A stretch of DNA of 64,000 bases from Pseudomonadales bacterium (GCA_965216795.1 OZ244196.1:2263496-2327495), one strand, 5' to 3'. Positions 28,458 to 37,229 are shown, numbered from the stretch's first letter. The notes: generated by a model from the letters alone, not told the origin. Translations and numbers: made by a program.

Positions 28458-30620
28458 ATGAAGTTTTATCGCCGTTTTCTCAACATCATTATCTTCGCGC
28501 CAGTATTGTTGTTAGCGCCATTGGTCAATTCGGCTGTGCTCGACCCGGATAGCTTTGCTTCGCTGGGCACACTCAACTTGACCAGTGGCGATTACACCTT
28601 TGATACCACGGCGATGACGCTGGTCGAAAACAGCGCGCCGGGTACCGTGCTGTTTACTGGCGTCGAAGATAACCAGCGCGGGCAGGCCGATAGTTTTGGC
28701 GGTGGCAGTACGACGGTTGGCGCCAGTGGCATTCCGTACATTGCGGTGTTTACGTTCGATAACATTACGATCGACGGCACCAGCAGCATTACGATCACTG
28801 GTAACCGCGCTCTCGCGCTTTTATCGAAGAATGATATCTACCTCAACGAGCATCTGTCGGTGGACGCGCCATTGCCACCTGCGAGCGGAACGCCAGCTGC
28901 GGCGCTTGGCTCCCCGGGTGGCCCTGGCGGATTTGCCGGTGGAACACCCGGAGTAAACGGCGGCCAGGGCCTTGGGCCCGGCGGTGGCCCGGCACATCCC
29001 AACGCCACCACGCCCTCTAACGCTGCCAGTTTCGGCAGTGTTGGTTTCGTTAACACTGCCGCGGCACCCACTTACGGCGATTTATCGCAAGCCCTGCAAG
29101 GGGGTAGTGGCGGCGCCTCGAGTACAAGTTTCGGCAATGCGGGTGGCGCTGGCGGCGCTGGGGCCATTGCCCTGGTCGCTAATGGCACAACTACGGTCGA
29201 TAGCAGTGGGTTGGTGTCGGCGCGCGGATCGACGTGGCAGAAAAACGGTGTCGCAACCGGTGGTAGTGGTAGCGCGGGTGGCATTATCGTGACCGGCAAC
29301 GAGCTCGTGCTCAACGGTTCGCTCGATGCCTCGTACAACAGCCCAACACCGCCTGGAGGGTCGTTCATTGGCGGTGCAGGCCGTGTACTGGTTGGTGGTC
29401 TCGACAACTACGTGGTTGGCACAACGCCAACAACGCCGGCGTCTGCTGCCAGTGTTTCGGTTGTTGGGCCTTCAAACGACGGCTGGCTAACCATAGAGCC
29501 TCGCAATACCTTTGTACCGTTCGGCCAAACGCTTGAGCTGGGCAACGCGACCGTAGAGCTTCAGGCGCCCACGTTATCGGATATTGGCATTGAAGTTGTT
29601 CCGGGTAACCTCTCTGTGGGTGGCGAAATCACAGTGCCCACCGGCGGCATCAGTTACAACGCAAGTATCGCGTTAACCGGGCCGCTGGGTTCATCCATCG
29701 TCAATGGTTCAGATACGCTGACCATCGATAGCAGTCTATCGGGTACCGGCACGGTCAATGTGCCTGTTGTCGTTAGCACTGGTGGCACGCTGAACATGAT
29801 TGCAGACAGACTAACGTTCCCCGGTGATGGTGTCGCCAACGACGATGGCCTGGTGAACCTCGGCGAGATGAACTTGATCAACTCAGAAATCAATGGCGAT
29901 GTGCGTTCACCTGTAGGCTCGGTGATTAATGTAGCCGGCACTGCAACATTCAATGGTTTGTTTTCTGGCGCGGGTACGTTCTCGGGCACTTCGAATTTGA
30001 TAACGTTCAATGGCGGTTATTCGCCCGGCGACAGCCCGGCAGCAATCAGTTTTGGCGGTGATGTGTCGCTCACATCGGGCAATACGCTGTTAATGGAGAT
30101 CTTTGGCAACGTTGCAGGCAGTGGCTACGACCAGCTAACAGTCGCAGGCAATTTAGCGATTGGCGGCGTAATTGATTTATTTGTCGACCCGCTGCTGACA
30201 TTAAACGCAGGCGACACTTTTAGCCTACTTGGCTGGAATACGGTGGCAGGGCAGTTCGCCTCAGTGCTCGGTATTCAGCAAGCGAATGACCTCGATATCG
30301 CGATTCGCTACAACGCGGGAGATATGGTGGCCAAAGTAGTACCGCGAGGTGATGTCAATGACGACGGTATCGTCAATGGAGATGACCTCTCAGTCATTGC
30401 GGCGAATGCCGGGTTGGCAACTACCAGTTATTTCAGTGGTGATGTTAATGGCGATGGCTTGGTAGATAACTCTACTGGCCCCGGCTCAGATCGCTCATTG
30501 GTCGAGGCGGCGATTTTAAGCGCTGGCGCACAGACTGTGCCGCTTCCGTTCTGGATGCCGTTGTTTTTGCTCGCGTTAGCGGCAATGGCTTATCGTTTGA
30601 AATCGGGAGTTTATCGGTAG
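28458..30620 (+). CDS. large exported Gly-rich beta-helix-like protein with dockerin-type Ca-binding repeats and PEP-CTERM-like tail
   Basis: 720 aa. It has a signal peptide, a Gly/Ala-rich segment (GGAGGAGA...), two dockerin/EF-hand-like repeats (GDVNDDGIVNGDDLSVI and GDVNGDGLVDNS), and the C-terminus VPLPFWMPLFLLALAAMAYRLKSGVYR. Confidence 0.7.
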   Translation: MKFYRRFLNIIIFAPVLLLAPLVNSAVLDPDSFASLGTLNLTSGDYTFDTTAMTLVENSAPGTVLFTGVEDNQRGQADSFGGGSTTVGASGIPYIAVFTFDNITIDGTSSITITGNRALALLSKNDIYLNEHLSVDAPLPPASGTPAAALGSPGGPGGFAGGTPGVNGGQGLGPGGGPAHPNATTPSNAASFGSVGFVNTAAAPTYGDLSQALQGGSGGASSTSFGNAGGAGGAGAIALVANGTTTVDSSGLVSARGSTWQKNGVATGGSGSAGGIIVTGNELVLNGSLDASYNSPTPPGGSFIGGAGRVLVGGLDNYVVGTTPTTPASAASVSVVGPSNDGWLTIEPRNTFVPFGQTLELGNATVELQAPTLSDIGIEVVPGNLSVGGEITVPTGGISYNASIALTGPLGSSIVNGSDTLTIDSSLSGTGTVNVPVVVSTGGTLNMIADRLTFPGDGVANDDGLVNLGEMNLINSEINGDVRSPVGSVINVAGTATFNGLFSGAGTFSGTSNLITFNGGYSPGDSPAAISFGGDVSLTSGNTLLMEIFGNVAGSGYDQLTVAGNLAIGGVIDLFVDPLLTLNAGDTFSLLGWNTVAGQFASVLGIQQANDLDIAIRYNAGDMVAKVVPRGDVNDDGIVNGDDLSVIAANAGLATTSYFSGDVNGDGLVDNSTGPGSDRSLVEAAILSAGAQTVPLPFWMPLFLLALAAMAYRLKSGVYR

Positions 30621-30794
30621 CGCTCGTTGCGACCCGCATTTTGCTGGTGGCGAACGCGTACGAGCGAGACGCCACATCCACTGTGAAGCTGCCCGCGTAG
30701 TGGGGAGCTATTTTCAAGTAGACCGGTCGGACGTCGGGCTAAGCGTCTTTCATTCAATAGGGGGTATTGGTGGGGATGTTCCATGGGCTCAGTG

Positions 30795-30807
30795 TGGTGC
30801 CAGGGGC
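30795..30807. repeat. distal att direct-repeat fragment (copy of tRNA-Phe 3' terminus, part 1)
   Basis: TGGTGCCAGGGGC versus tRNA 55022-55035 TGGTGCCCAGGGGC (identical except for one missing C). It sits exactly at the composition break. Confidence 0.6.
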
Positions 30808-31135
30808 TCTATCACATAATCGCTATATGTTATTGTTTTTAATGAGGTATTTGAATGTGGTCCAGGCGATATACCATCAAATGTACCATCATTTTCTAAT
30901 CGAATCATCCAGATGGGTATCTTCCCTTCCATCAGCCAGGGCGTTTGACTAAAACCTTGCAAACCCTCCTCGCATTGAGGTCTATGACGCGTTTGGTGTT
31001 TGGTTGCAGGGCCGAATAAAATCAATTTTTTAATTACGCTTTGGCTCAAATTTATCTCGAAGGCAAGTAAGTTAGACAGCATGCTACGGGGCCGCCCTCT
31101 ACACGCCTCCGATTTGCTTAACCAAAAAACTCGCT

Positions 31136-33484
31136 ATGAAGACGCCTGACACACGCCAAAAAGATCGGAAAGAACCGTTCGACGCCCCAAACTTGAACAG
31201 TCTATTTATAGAGCCTGAAGCAAGCGTTGACAAAAAGCAGTCTCAAAATGCCAGTTACCTGCGCCGTGAATTTTGTATCGATAAGCCGTTTTCAAAAGCC
31301 ACCTTACTAGCAACAGCCTGTGGCCTATATAAAGGTTTTGTGAATGGCTCGCCTATATCAACAAACCAGTTATTGCCTGGTTGCACCTTCTACAAGAAAC
31401 GCCTGCAGTACCAGGTCTATGACGTCAGCTCACTGCTCAGACAAGGTAGCAACGCCATAGGAGTGATACTAGGTAGTGGTTGGTATCGTGGCAAGCTAGG
31501 TGTTCAGTCGAAGCGCTACCATTATGGGGAAAAGGTTAAGCTTCTTTCCGTCTTGGAAATTGAATTCGATGACGGCAGCAAACAAGTGATCACTACGGAT
31601 AATCTGTGGAAAGCGACGCAAGATGGCCCGATAAGAAGTCATGACCTCAAAGATGGCGAGCACTATGACGCGACACGTGAAATGGAAGGTTGGGATCAGC
31701 CCGGATTTGACGACCACAATTGGCATGAAGTCTATCCAGCAACGTTTGATGCTTCATTAGTGCCTACTGAAGGTGAGCAAGTCGCTGAAAGAGAGCGCTT
31801 TAAACCAACGGTGTTAATCACACCCGATGGTTCTACGGTACTCGATTTTTCTCAGAATCTCGTCGGCTACGTTGAGTTTTCGGTAGATGGAACAGAGGGC
31901 CAAACGGTCAAGCTGACGCACGGAGAAACGCTCGATGAAAACGGCAACTTCACGCTAAAAAACGTCAATATGGAGAACCCCTTTTTTTCTGCCCCAAAGA
32001 GCCTGCGGCTGCAGCAAGAAGTTGAGGTGAGACTAAAAAATGGTGCGATGACCTACAAACCCTCTTTCTCCGTACATGGGTTTCGCTATGTAAAGCTGGA
32101 GAACTGGCCAGGTGATGTTGACCCCGCGCGCTTTACCGCAATAGCGCTGTATTCTGATATAGAAGAGACTGGTCATTTCGAATGCTCACACCCGATGATC
32201 AACCAGCTCTTCAAAAACGCTGTCTGGAGCCAGAAGGGTAATTTTGTTGATATCCCAACCGATTGCCCAACGCGAGAAAGAGCCGGCTGGACGGGTGACA
32301 TCGCTTCATTTTGCGAAGCGGGAACCTACCAGATGGACACCTACAACTTTCTCTCCAGGTGGATGAAAGATGTCGCGCTACAACAAGAAAGTAATGGCAA
32401 AGTGCCTAGCATTGTCCCTGAGGTGGGCGTCTCAAAAATTTCTGATGGCAGCGCAGGCTGGGCAGATGTGGCGACCATCGTTCCTTATACCCTCTATAAA
32501 ATGTACGGCGACAAAACCATCTTAAAAGAGCAATACGCCAGCATGAAAATGTGGGTGGACTTTGTCGACCGGCGCGCAAAGAAGACGCGCTTTTGGAACA
32601 AATTAAAAGGCAACCCTAATCTGGATTACCTGGTCGACACAGGCTTTCACTTTGGCGAGTGGCTCGAACCTGGCCATAGTATGGGCAAGGATCTCATAAA
32701 ATGCTTCGTATATTCTGATGCCGAGGTAGCAACAGCCTACTTTGCCTACTCCGCTAACCTGCTGTCGCAGATGGCCGGGATACTGGGTAGCAGCGATGAC
32801 CAGCAAAAATACCTGGACATCTCCCAGAAAGCCAAAGATGCCTATCGTCATGCGTTTACCGACAACGGCATCGTCCAGTCGAAACGCCAGGCACGCTATG
32901 TTCGACCCATTGCGCTGGACTTATTGCCCGAAGATGATAAACGCAAAAACGCGTTATTACTCAACGATATGATCGTAGAAAACCAATACCGTATTGGTAC
33001 CGGGTTTTTGACAACGCCATTTATTCTTCCTGTGCTTACCGACTACGGCTATCTCGAAAGCGCGTACAGGATGATCGAAAACGAAGATATACCGGGATGG
33101 CTATACAACGTTAAAAATGGCGCCACAACAATTCTAGAGAATTGGGAAGGTATCGGCACGGACGGAAAGCCTGTCGACTCATTTAATCACTACGCGTTTG
33201 GTGCGGTCACCCAATGGCTTTTCACCCATGTTGCAGGTATTACACCTTTGGAGCCTGGCTTTCAAAAAATCCAGATTCGCCCCTTTCCCGGTGGCAGCTT
33301 GACCCATGCAAACTGCACCTATAAAAGTGTCGCCGGCCCGATAAAAAGCAGTTGGCTGATAGAAAACTCGACGTTTTACTTGACAGTTGAGACTCCATCC
33401 CCGACCACGGTCATATTACCTGATGGTGGAGTGCACCAGCCTTCAGCAGGAAAGCATACATTTACGTCGCAGATACCTGCCTAG
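31136..33484 (+). CDS. alpha-L-rhamnosidase (glycoside hydrolase family 78)
   Basis: 782 aa with the GH78 hallmark DIPTDCPTRERAGWTGD, plus the typical N-terminal YLRREF...A.LLATACGLYKGFVNG and the C-terminal catalytic (alpha/alpha)6 region FNHYAFGAV. Confidence 0.85.
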   Translation: MKTPDTRQKDRKEPFDAPNLNSLFIEPEASVDKKQSQNASYLRREFCIDKPFSKATLLATACGLYKGFVNGSPISTNQLLPGCTFYKKRLQYQVYDVSSLLRQGSNAIGVILGSGWYRGKLGVQSKRYHYGEKVKLLSVLEIEFDDGSKQVITTDNLWKATQDGPIRSHDLKDGEHYDATREMEGWDQPGFDDHNWHEVYPATFDASLVPTEGEQVAERERFKPTVLITPDGSTVLDFSQNLVGYVEFSVDGTEGQTVKLTHGETLDENGNFTLKNVNMENPFFSAPKSLRLQQEVEVRLKNGAMTYKPSFSVHGFRYVKLENWPGDVDPARFTAIALYSDIEETGHFECSHPMINQLFKNAVWSQKGNFVDIPTDCPTRERAGWTGDIASFCEAGTYQMDTYNFLSRWMKDVALQQESNGKVPSIVPEVGVSKISDGSAGWADVATIVPYTLYKMYGDKTILKEQYASMKMWVDFVDRRAKKTRFWNKLKGNPNLDYLVDTGFHFGEWLEPGHSMGKDLIKCFVYSDAEVATAYFAYSANLLSQMAGILGSSDDQQKYLDISQKAKDAYRHAFTDNGIVQSKRQARYVRPIALDLLPEDDKRKNALLLNDMIVENQYRIGTGFLTTPFILPVLTDYGYLESAYRMIENEDIPGWLYNVKNGATTILENWEGIGTDGKPVDSFNHYAFGAVTQWLFTHVAGITPLEPGFQKIQIRPFPGGSLTHANCTYKSVAGPIKSSWLIENSTFYLTVETPSPTTVILPDGGVHQPSAGKHTFTSQIPA

Positions 33485-33532
33485 CAGCATAGCTTCGGGT
33501 TTGGCTGTATGAGGCCGGGTATCGAGTGGGTA

Positions 33533-33543
33533 GGAATCGAACC
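33533..33543. repeat. att direct-repeat fragment (copy of tRNA-Phe T-arm segment, part 2)
   Basis: GGAATCGAACC is identical to tRNA positions 55036-55046, the 11 nt that directly follow the segment copied at 30795-30807. The T-loop is conserved in many tRNAs, so on its own this is weak evidence. Confidence 0.4.
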
Positions 33544-33680
33544 GGTTCCCTTGATAAATCAAAAAAGGAAAAGTCCTTTTATAACAACTCACTAACCAAG
33601 ATTTGTTCCATTCAGGGGCGCAATCACGATAATCACATAACTAATTGATATATAATGTATATTTCCCCTTCTATTTGATC

Positions 33681-33700
33681 ATATACCCCCAGATATACCC
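33681..33700 (+). repeat. tandem ATATACCC(C) motif pair near left island end (candidate integrase arm-type sites)
   Basis: ATATACCCCCAGATATACCC. A near-identical tandem pair (ATATACCCCAGAAATATACCCCC) lies at 54886-54908 next to the integrase, in the same orientation. Confidence 0.5.
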
Positions 33701-34090
33701 ATGAAGGTGTCTACCTCATTGCAAGACATTTACGTGAATGGGCCGATTGGCCGATGAGGGCGGCGTAGCTAAATTTTATTGTTGAGGTGATACTGCCTCT
33801 CTTTACGCTCCCCCAGCATACCGAGCATCATCGAGAAATCCTAAAAGGCCAAAGCTGTACAAACGGGGATAGGTGCTGTTTAGTGGCCTGTTTTTGAGCC
33901 TAGAGTGTAATACTCTGAGCGGCAAAGCTTTACCTCCTAGCTGAAAACAGAGCGCCACCCTGCAAGTAAAATCTGACGTTTTTGCGACGATATATTTTAT
34001 TGTTGAAGTTAAGATATGTCGGTGCTCAAAATGGCAATTAGACCTATCAGAAAAATTGGACTGATTGGTTGAATTTTCGAGGATATTTGG

Positions 34091-35407
34091 ATGTCAGAAG
34101 ATGAGATGATTGCAGCGATAAGTGCTCGCTTAGTTTTCGAGGCGGAAAAGTCAATAGACAGAAACGGTAAGGATACTGATCCTCGTGTTGCGGCTATTGC
34201 TATTGGGGTTGATAGAAGCGCTCGTCACATCGAAGAAATCTCTGTGGGTACGCAGACGTTAGAGGTGGTTGTCGCCCATCGAAGTGAATTCTATGCAGAT
34301 GAGCATGCTGAATTCACTTTGCTAGAGAGAAAACTAATTAATGAGACTGTAAACGGCGACAGCTATAGACTGTTCGTAACTTTGGAGCCTTGTTCAAAGC
34401 GTGGCGAAACGAAGCGGCCGTGCGCTGAGAGGGTGATTAAAAGAGGGTTGACGAAAATAACAATTGGCATGCTTGATCCCAACCCAAAGATATTTGGTAA
34501 CGGTGTGCATCGGTTGCTGAAAGCGGGCGTGAAAATCGATTACTTGCCGCCCTCTGCAAGAGAGAATATTCGTGCTATCAATGAAGATTTTATCGACGAT
34601 CAACGAAGAACCTTCTCTTTCAGAGACTTTATTAAGGAGCTTCCGCAAGCCTTCATATATCCAAAAGAAGCATATCTGTATTCAGTTTACGTTTTATTTC
34701 GACACTATAGCCCTGAGAAGATAGCTGGTATAGAGAGCCTTCTAGATACAGAGCCGCATGATGATAGTCAAGGTCGGCAGAAATACAGCGTTGTTATTGC
34801 AAACACCGCATTGAACACGTTTCTGGATCCGCATGAATTTCAGGCGTCACTGGCCCAGGGTTTTGCGGAGAACCGCGGATTGGAGCGAATCTACCTGATA
34901 TGCACTAACAAAGATATTGCAAAGGTTAAGCGGCTTTACGACAGCGATTCACGTTACCGCGAAGAAATTGACTACATTCTTGAAAGCCGTAACAGTGCTA
35001 TTTCTGTGTGTATTGTTGCTGATGAGCCAGAAGTCCTTGAGGTTTCGCAGGACCAGATGGCGAGTCGATCAGCAGAGGTAGGCGAGCAAAGTGCTGGTGC
35101 GTTAGAGAATAGCGCTGATGATAGTAAAGGAGTGATTTTGTTTGGCGAAGATCCACTTGAAAGCGCGCCGGATGGGCTGCCACATTTTGCTGTGGTTCGA
35201 CAGGGGGTGCCCTTACATGATCCAGAAGCTGAAGAGGATGGTGTTGTCAGTCACCGATTGTTCGCAGTTGTAGCTTCCAATAACCTCGCTTATAGAAAAA
35301 AAATGGTACAGAGATGGAAAGAGTGTCAGGGTGTTTTACAGAGTAGTGCTAGAAGTGGGGAGTTGAAGGATCTGAGGTGGTGGCTGCCCAAGATTGAAAA
35401 CTCTTGA
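34091..35407 (+). CDS. RibD/CDA-type zinc deaminase domain fused to a roughly 270-aa domain of unknown function
   Basis: 438 aa. Deaminase zinc motifs ADEHAEFTLLE (HAE) and VTLEPCSKRGETKRPCAERV (PC...PC with RibD-like long spacing), followed by GMLDPNPKIFGNGVHRLLKAGVKI as in the RibD N-domain. The C-terminal two-thirds has no motif I recognise and contains an acidic low-complexity stretch. Confidence 0.7.
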   Translation: MSEDEMIAAISARLVFEAEKSIDRNGKDTDPRVAAIAIGVDRSARHIEEISVGTQTLEVVVAHRSEFYADEHAEFTLLERKLINETVNGDSYRLFVTLEPCSKRGETKRPCAERVIKRGLTKITIGMLDPNPKIFGNGVHRLLKAGVKIDYLPPSARENIRAINEDFIDDQRRTFSFRDFIKELPQAFIYPKEAYLYSVYVLFRHYSPEKIAGIESLLDTEPHDDSQGRQKYSVVIANTALNTFLDPHEFQASLAQGFAENRGLERIYLICTNKDIAKVKRLYDSDSRYREEIDYILESRNSAISVCIVADEPEVLEVSQDQMASRSAEVGEQSAGALENSADDSKGVILFGEDPLESAPDGLPHFAVVRQGVPLHDPEAEEDGVVSHRLFAVVASNNLAYRKKMVQRWKECQGVLQSSARSGELKDLRWWLPKIENS

Positions 35408-36522
35408 TTGAGGAAAGTACAGTGGATGCCAGGCTAAAGGCGGCTGAGGCCTTAAAAGATTGGGGTAGAAATGAGTATGAGGTGGTATATGGTACAAGCG
35501 TGGAGGCCTTCGCTGGCGTTGGCGCCAAGCACTCCCTAAAAATCTCGGGCGCAAAAGGGCCTGAAGGGGCGTGGTCAGAAATTCAAGCCTTTATGAAGGC
35601 AAATGAGAATTGTCCAGCCGTTTTTCAAATTGGTTTTGACATTCATTATGCTGAAGATCGGACTATTGGTACTATTTTTATTCCGGACCGGGTAGAGCAA
35701 TTCAAGTCTGAAAGTGGTGCAGATCATAAAGATAGCGCCAATCACGTGAGCGAATATGTTGGTAGCAGTGAAGTATCACATGTCGAGACAGTTAAACGTG
35801 CTCTAGATTGGATTGGTGGTGACAAGAGTAGAAGATTAACTGTCGCGAGGCGTGAAATTCTAGATTATCGAGGCGATCTGTTGGATTCGGTGCAATTTGG
35901 CCCTCGCTTTGATGAAGAGGCGCTTACTAGATCCTGTTATTTTCGCTCTCCAGATCTCGCTTTTTTAAGTCAAAGCCCCGAGCTGCTCGCTATGGGTAAG
36001 GGGCCGACATTTAGTACCTATAAACTGTCAGGAACTGCGGGCCTAGACTCCCGAGACGAAGAAATGCTTTCTGACATTAAGCTTGCCGAGGAGCATGATC
36101 TTTCTGCGGCGGCGATGCTTGCATCGTTGAGCAAGTTAGGTCACTGCAGGCGATTGCCGGCAGTGGTTTATCGCTGCGGTGCTTTGAAACATATAATGAG
36201 TGAGTTTAAAACAGACATAGGTTTAAGCTCTTCGTTCATTGACTGCGTAGAGGCAGTCTTTCCAGTTGGTGCTAATCCGGTAAGCTCAGGTCTCGATATG
36301 CTTGTGAAGCTAGAAAAATCAAATAGAGGACCATACTACGGGGTATATGGGATCATTGAACCGGATATGAGTTATTCGGTCTCACAGAATATTAGATCTA
36401 TATTTCTGCGAGATGGCGTCTATGAGGTCTGGGTGGGCGGATGCGTTACTTGGCGTTCAGATCCAGTCGATGAATGGAATGAAACGGAGTTGAAACTAGC
36501 TAGTTGTCCTAAGTTAATATGA
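35404..36522 (+). CDS. chorismate-utilising enzyme family protein (TrpE/PabB/EntC-like core, short and divergent)
   Basis: 372 aa. Family motifs SPELLAMGKGPTFSTYKLSGTAG (SPE...GT) and NRGPYYGVYGIIEPDMSYSVSQNIRSIFLRDGVYEVWVGGCVTWRSDPVDEWNETELK (RGxYxGxxG...IR...GxGxV..S.P..E..ET..K). The TTG start overlaps the upstream stop (TTGA). Confidence 0.7.
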   Translation: MIEESTVDARLKAAEALKDWGRNEYEVVYGTSVEAFAGVGAKHSLKISGAKGPEGAWSEIQAFMKANENCPAVFQIGFDIHYAEDRTIGTIFIPDRVEQFKSESGADHKDSANHVSEYVGSSEVSHVETVKRALDWIGGDKSRRLTVARREILDYRGDLLDSVQFGPRFDEEALTRSCYFRSPDLAFLSQSPELLAMGKGPTFSTYKLSGTAGLDSRDEEMLSDIKLAEEHDLSAAAMLASLSKLGHCRRLPAVVYRCGALKHIMSEFKTDIGLSSSFIDCVEAVFPVGANPVSSGLDMLVKLEKSNRGPYYGVYGIIEPDMSYSVSQNIRSIFLRDGVYEVWVGGCVTWRSDPVDEWNETELKLASCPKLI

Positions 36523-37229
36523 ATCAATTATACACTTACGAATCCTTTCGAGCGAAGCTCTGGCGTATTGCGGCTAGAAAAGCGAGCAAGGCGCATCCCT
36601 GGTTTAGTCTCATCATTGACAGAAAATTGACTAGAGAGCAGGTCATTGCTGGTGAGATGCAGCATTATCTAAGGGTTTTGAAAAATGAGGACTTTTATAG
36701 GTCCATTCTAAAAAATGCTGAGGCTGAAGGCGATGAGCGAGTCATTAACGTTGCAAGGGCCAACTATGAAGAGGAGGTCTTATGCGATCCTAGTCATGCC
36801 GATTTGCTCTTCCAGCTGCTTGATGAGGCTGGTTATGCGAAAGAACACTGTGTGGCCGTTTCTCCGTCTAATTCGACACGTTTCGCAATCGACAGTATTT
36901 TAAGATTCTGTGAGGAGAAGTCTGCGATTGAGGGCATCGCATTTACAGCTTTTGTCGAAGCTCAAAACGCTGGTGAGAAAGGCGTTGCTTATAAGGTGTA
37001 TCAAGCGTTAACAGAGCATTATGGCTTTAGCAAGCATGGTGCAGAAACATTTCTTGAGCATTCAATTGTGGATGAAGAGCACGGAAAACGTCAGATTGAT
37101 CTAGTTTGTGAGGTGGCTACAGATATAGAGCTTCAGGCAAGGATCATAAATGCCGTTGAGGCTGGCACAACGACTTTCTCCATAGAGTGGAGTGGTCATC
37201 TTGAGGCGGCGCTAGGATTGAGAGATTAA
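36519..37229 (+). CDS. heme-oxygenase-like diiron oxidase (CADD/PqqC/TenA-superfamily iron-containing redox enzyme)
   Basis: 236 aa. N-terminal HPWFSLIIDRKLTREQVIAGEMQHYLRV. Candidate diiron ligands lie in the canonical spacing: E-x6-H (EEEVLCDPSH), FVEAQNAGE, and HSIVDEEH (H-x3-D-x2-H). The ATG overlaps the upstream stop (ATGA). Confidence 0.65.
   Translation: MNQLYTYESFRAKLWRIAARKASKAHPWFSLIIDRKLTREQVIAGEMQHYLRVLKNEDFYRSILKNAEAEGDERVINVARANYEEEVLCDPSHADLLFQLLDEAGYAKEHCVAVSPSNSTRFAIDSILRFCEEKSAIEGIAFTAFVEAQNAGEKGVAYKVYQALTEHYGFSKHGAETFLEHSIVDEEHGKRQIDLVCEVATDIELQARIINAVEAGTTTFSIEWSGHLEAALGLRD

Noticed and set aside
28880-29420. Repetitive Gly/Ala-rich DNA (GGCGGTGG-type runs), checked as a possible tandem repeat or CRISPR-like array.
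   Set aside because: It is in frame within the 720-aa exported protein and encodes a Gly-rich low-complexity segment. There is no regular repeat-spacer periodicity. I saw no CRISPR array anywhere in the window.
30767-31082. Small ORFs 30767-30952(+) and 30789-31082(-) at the island's left junction.
   Set aside because: They span the att repeat and composition break, have no Shine-Dalgarno sequence or motif, and occupy what looks like junction or promoter DNA.
35404-36522. The chorismate-enzyme homologue as a housekeeping trpE/pabB/menF.
   Set aside because: It is too short (372 aa) and has a divergent mid-region. It lacks a partner amidotransferase, lyase or men/ent genes, and it is located on horizontally acquired AT-richer DNA.
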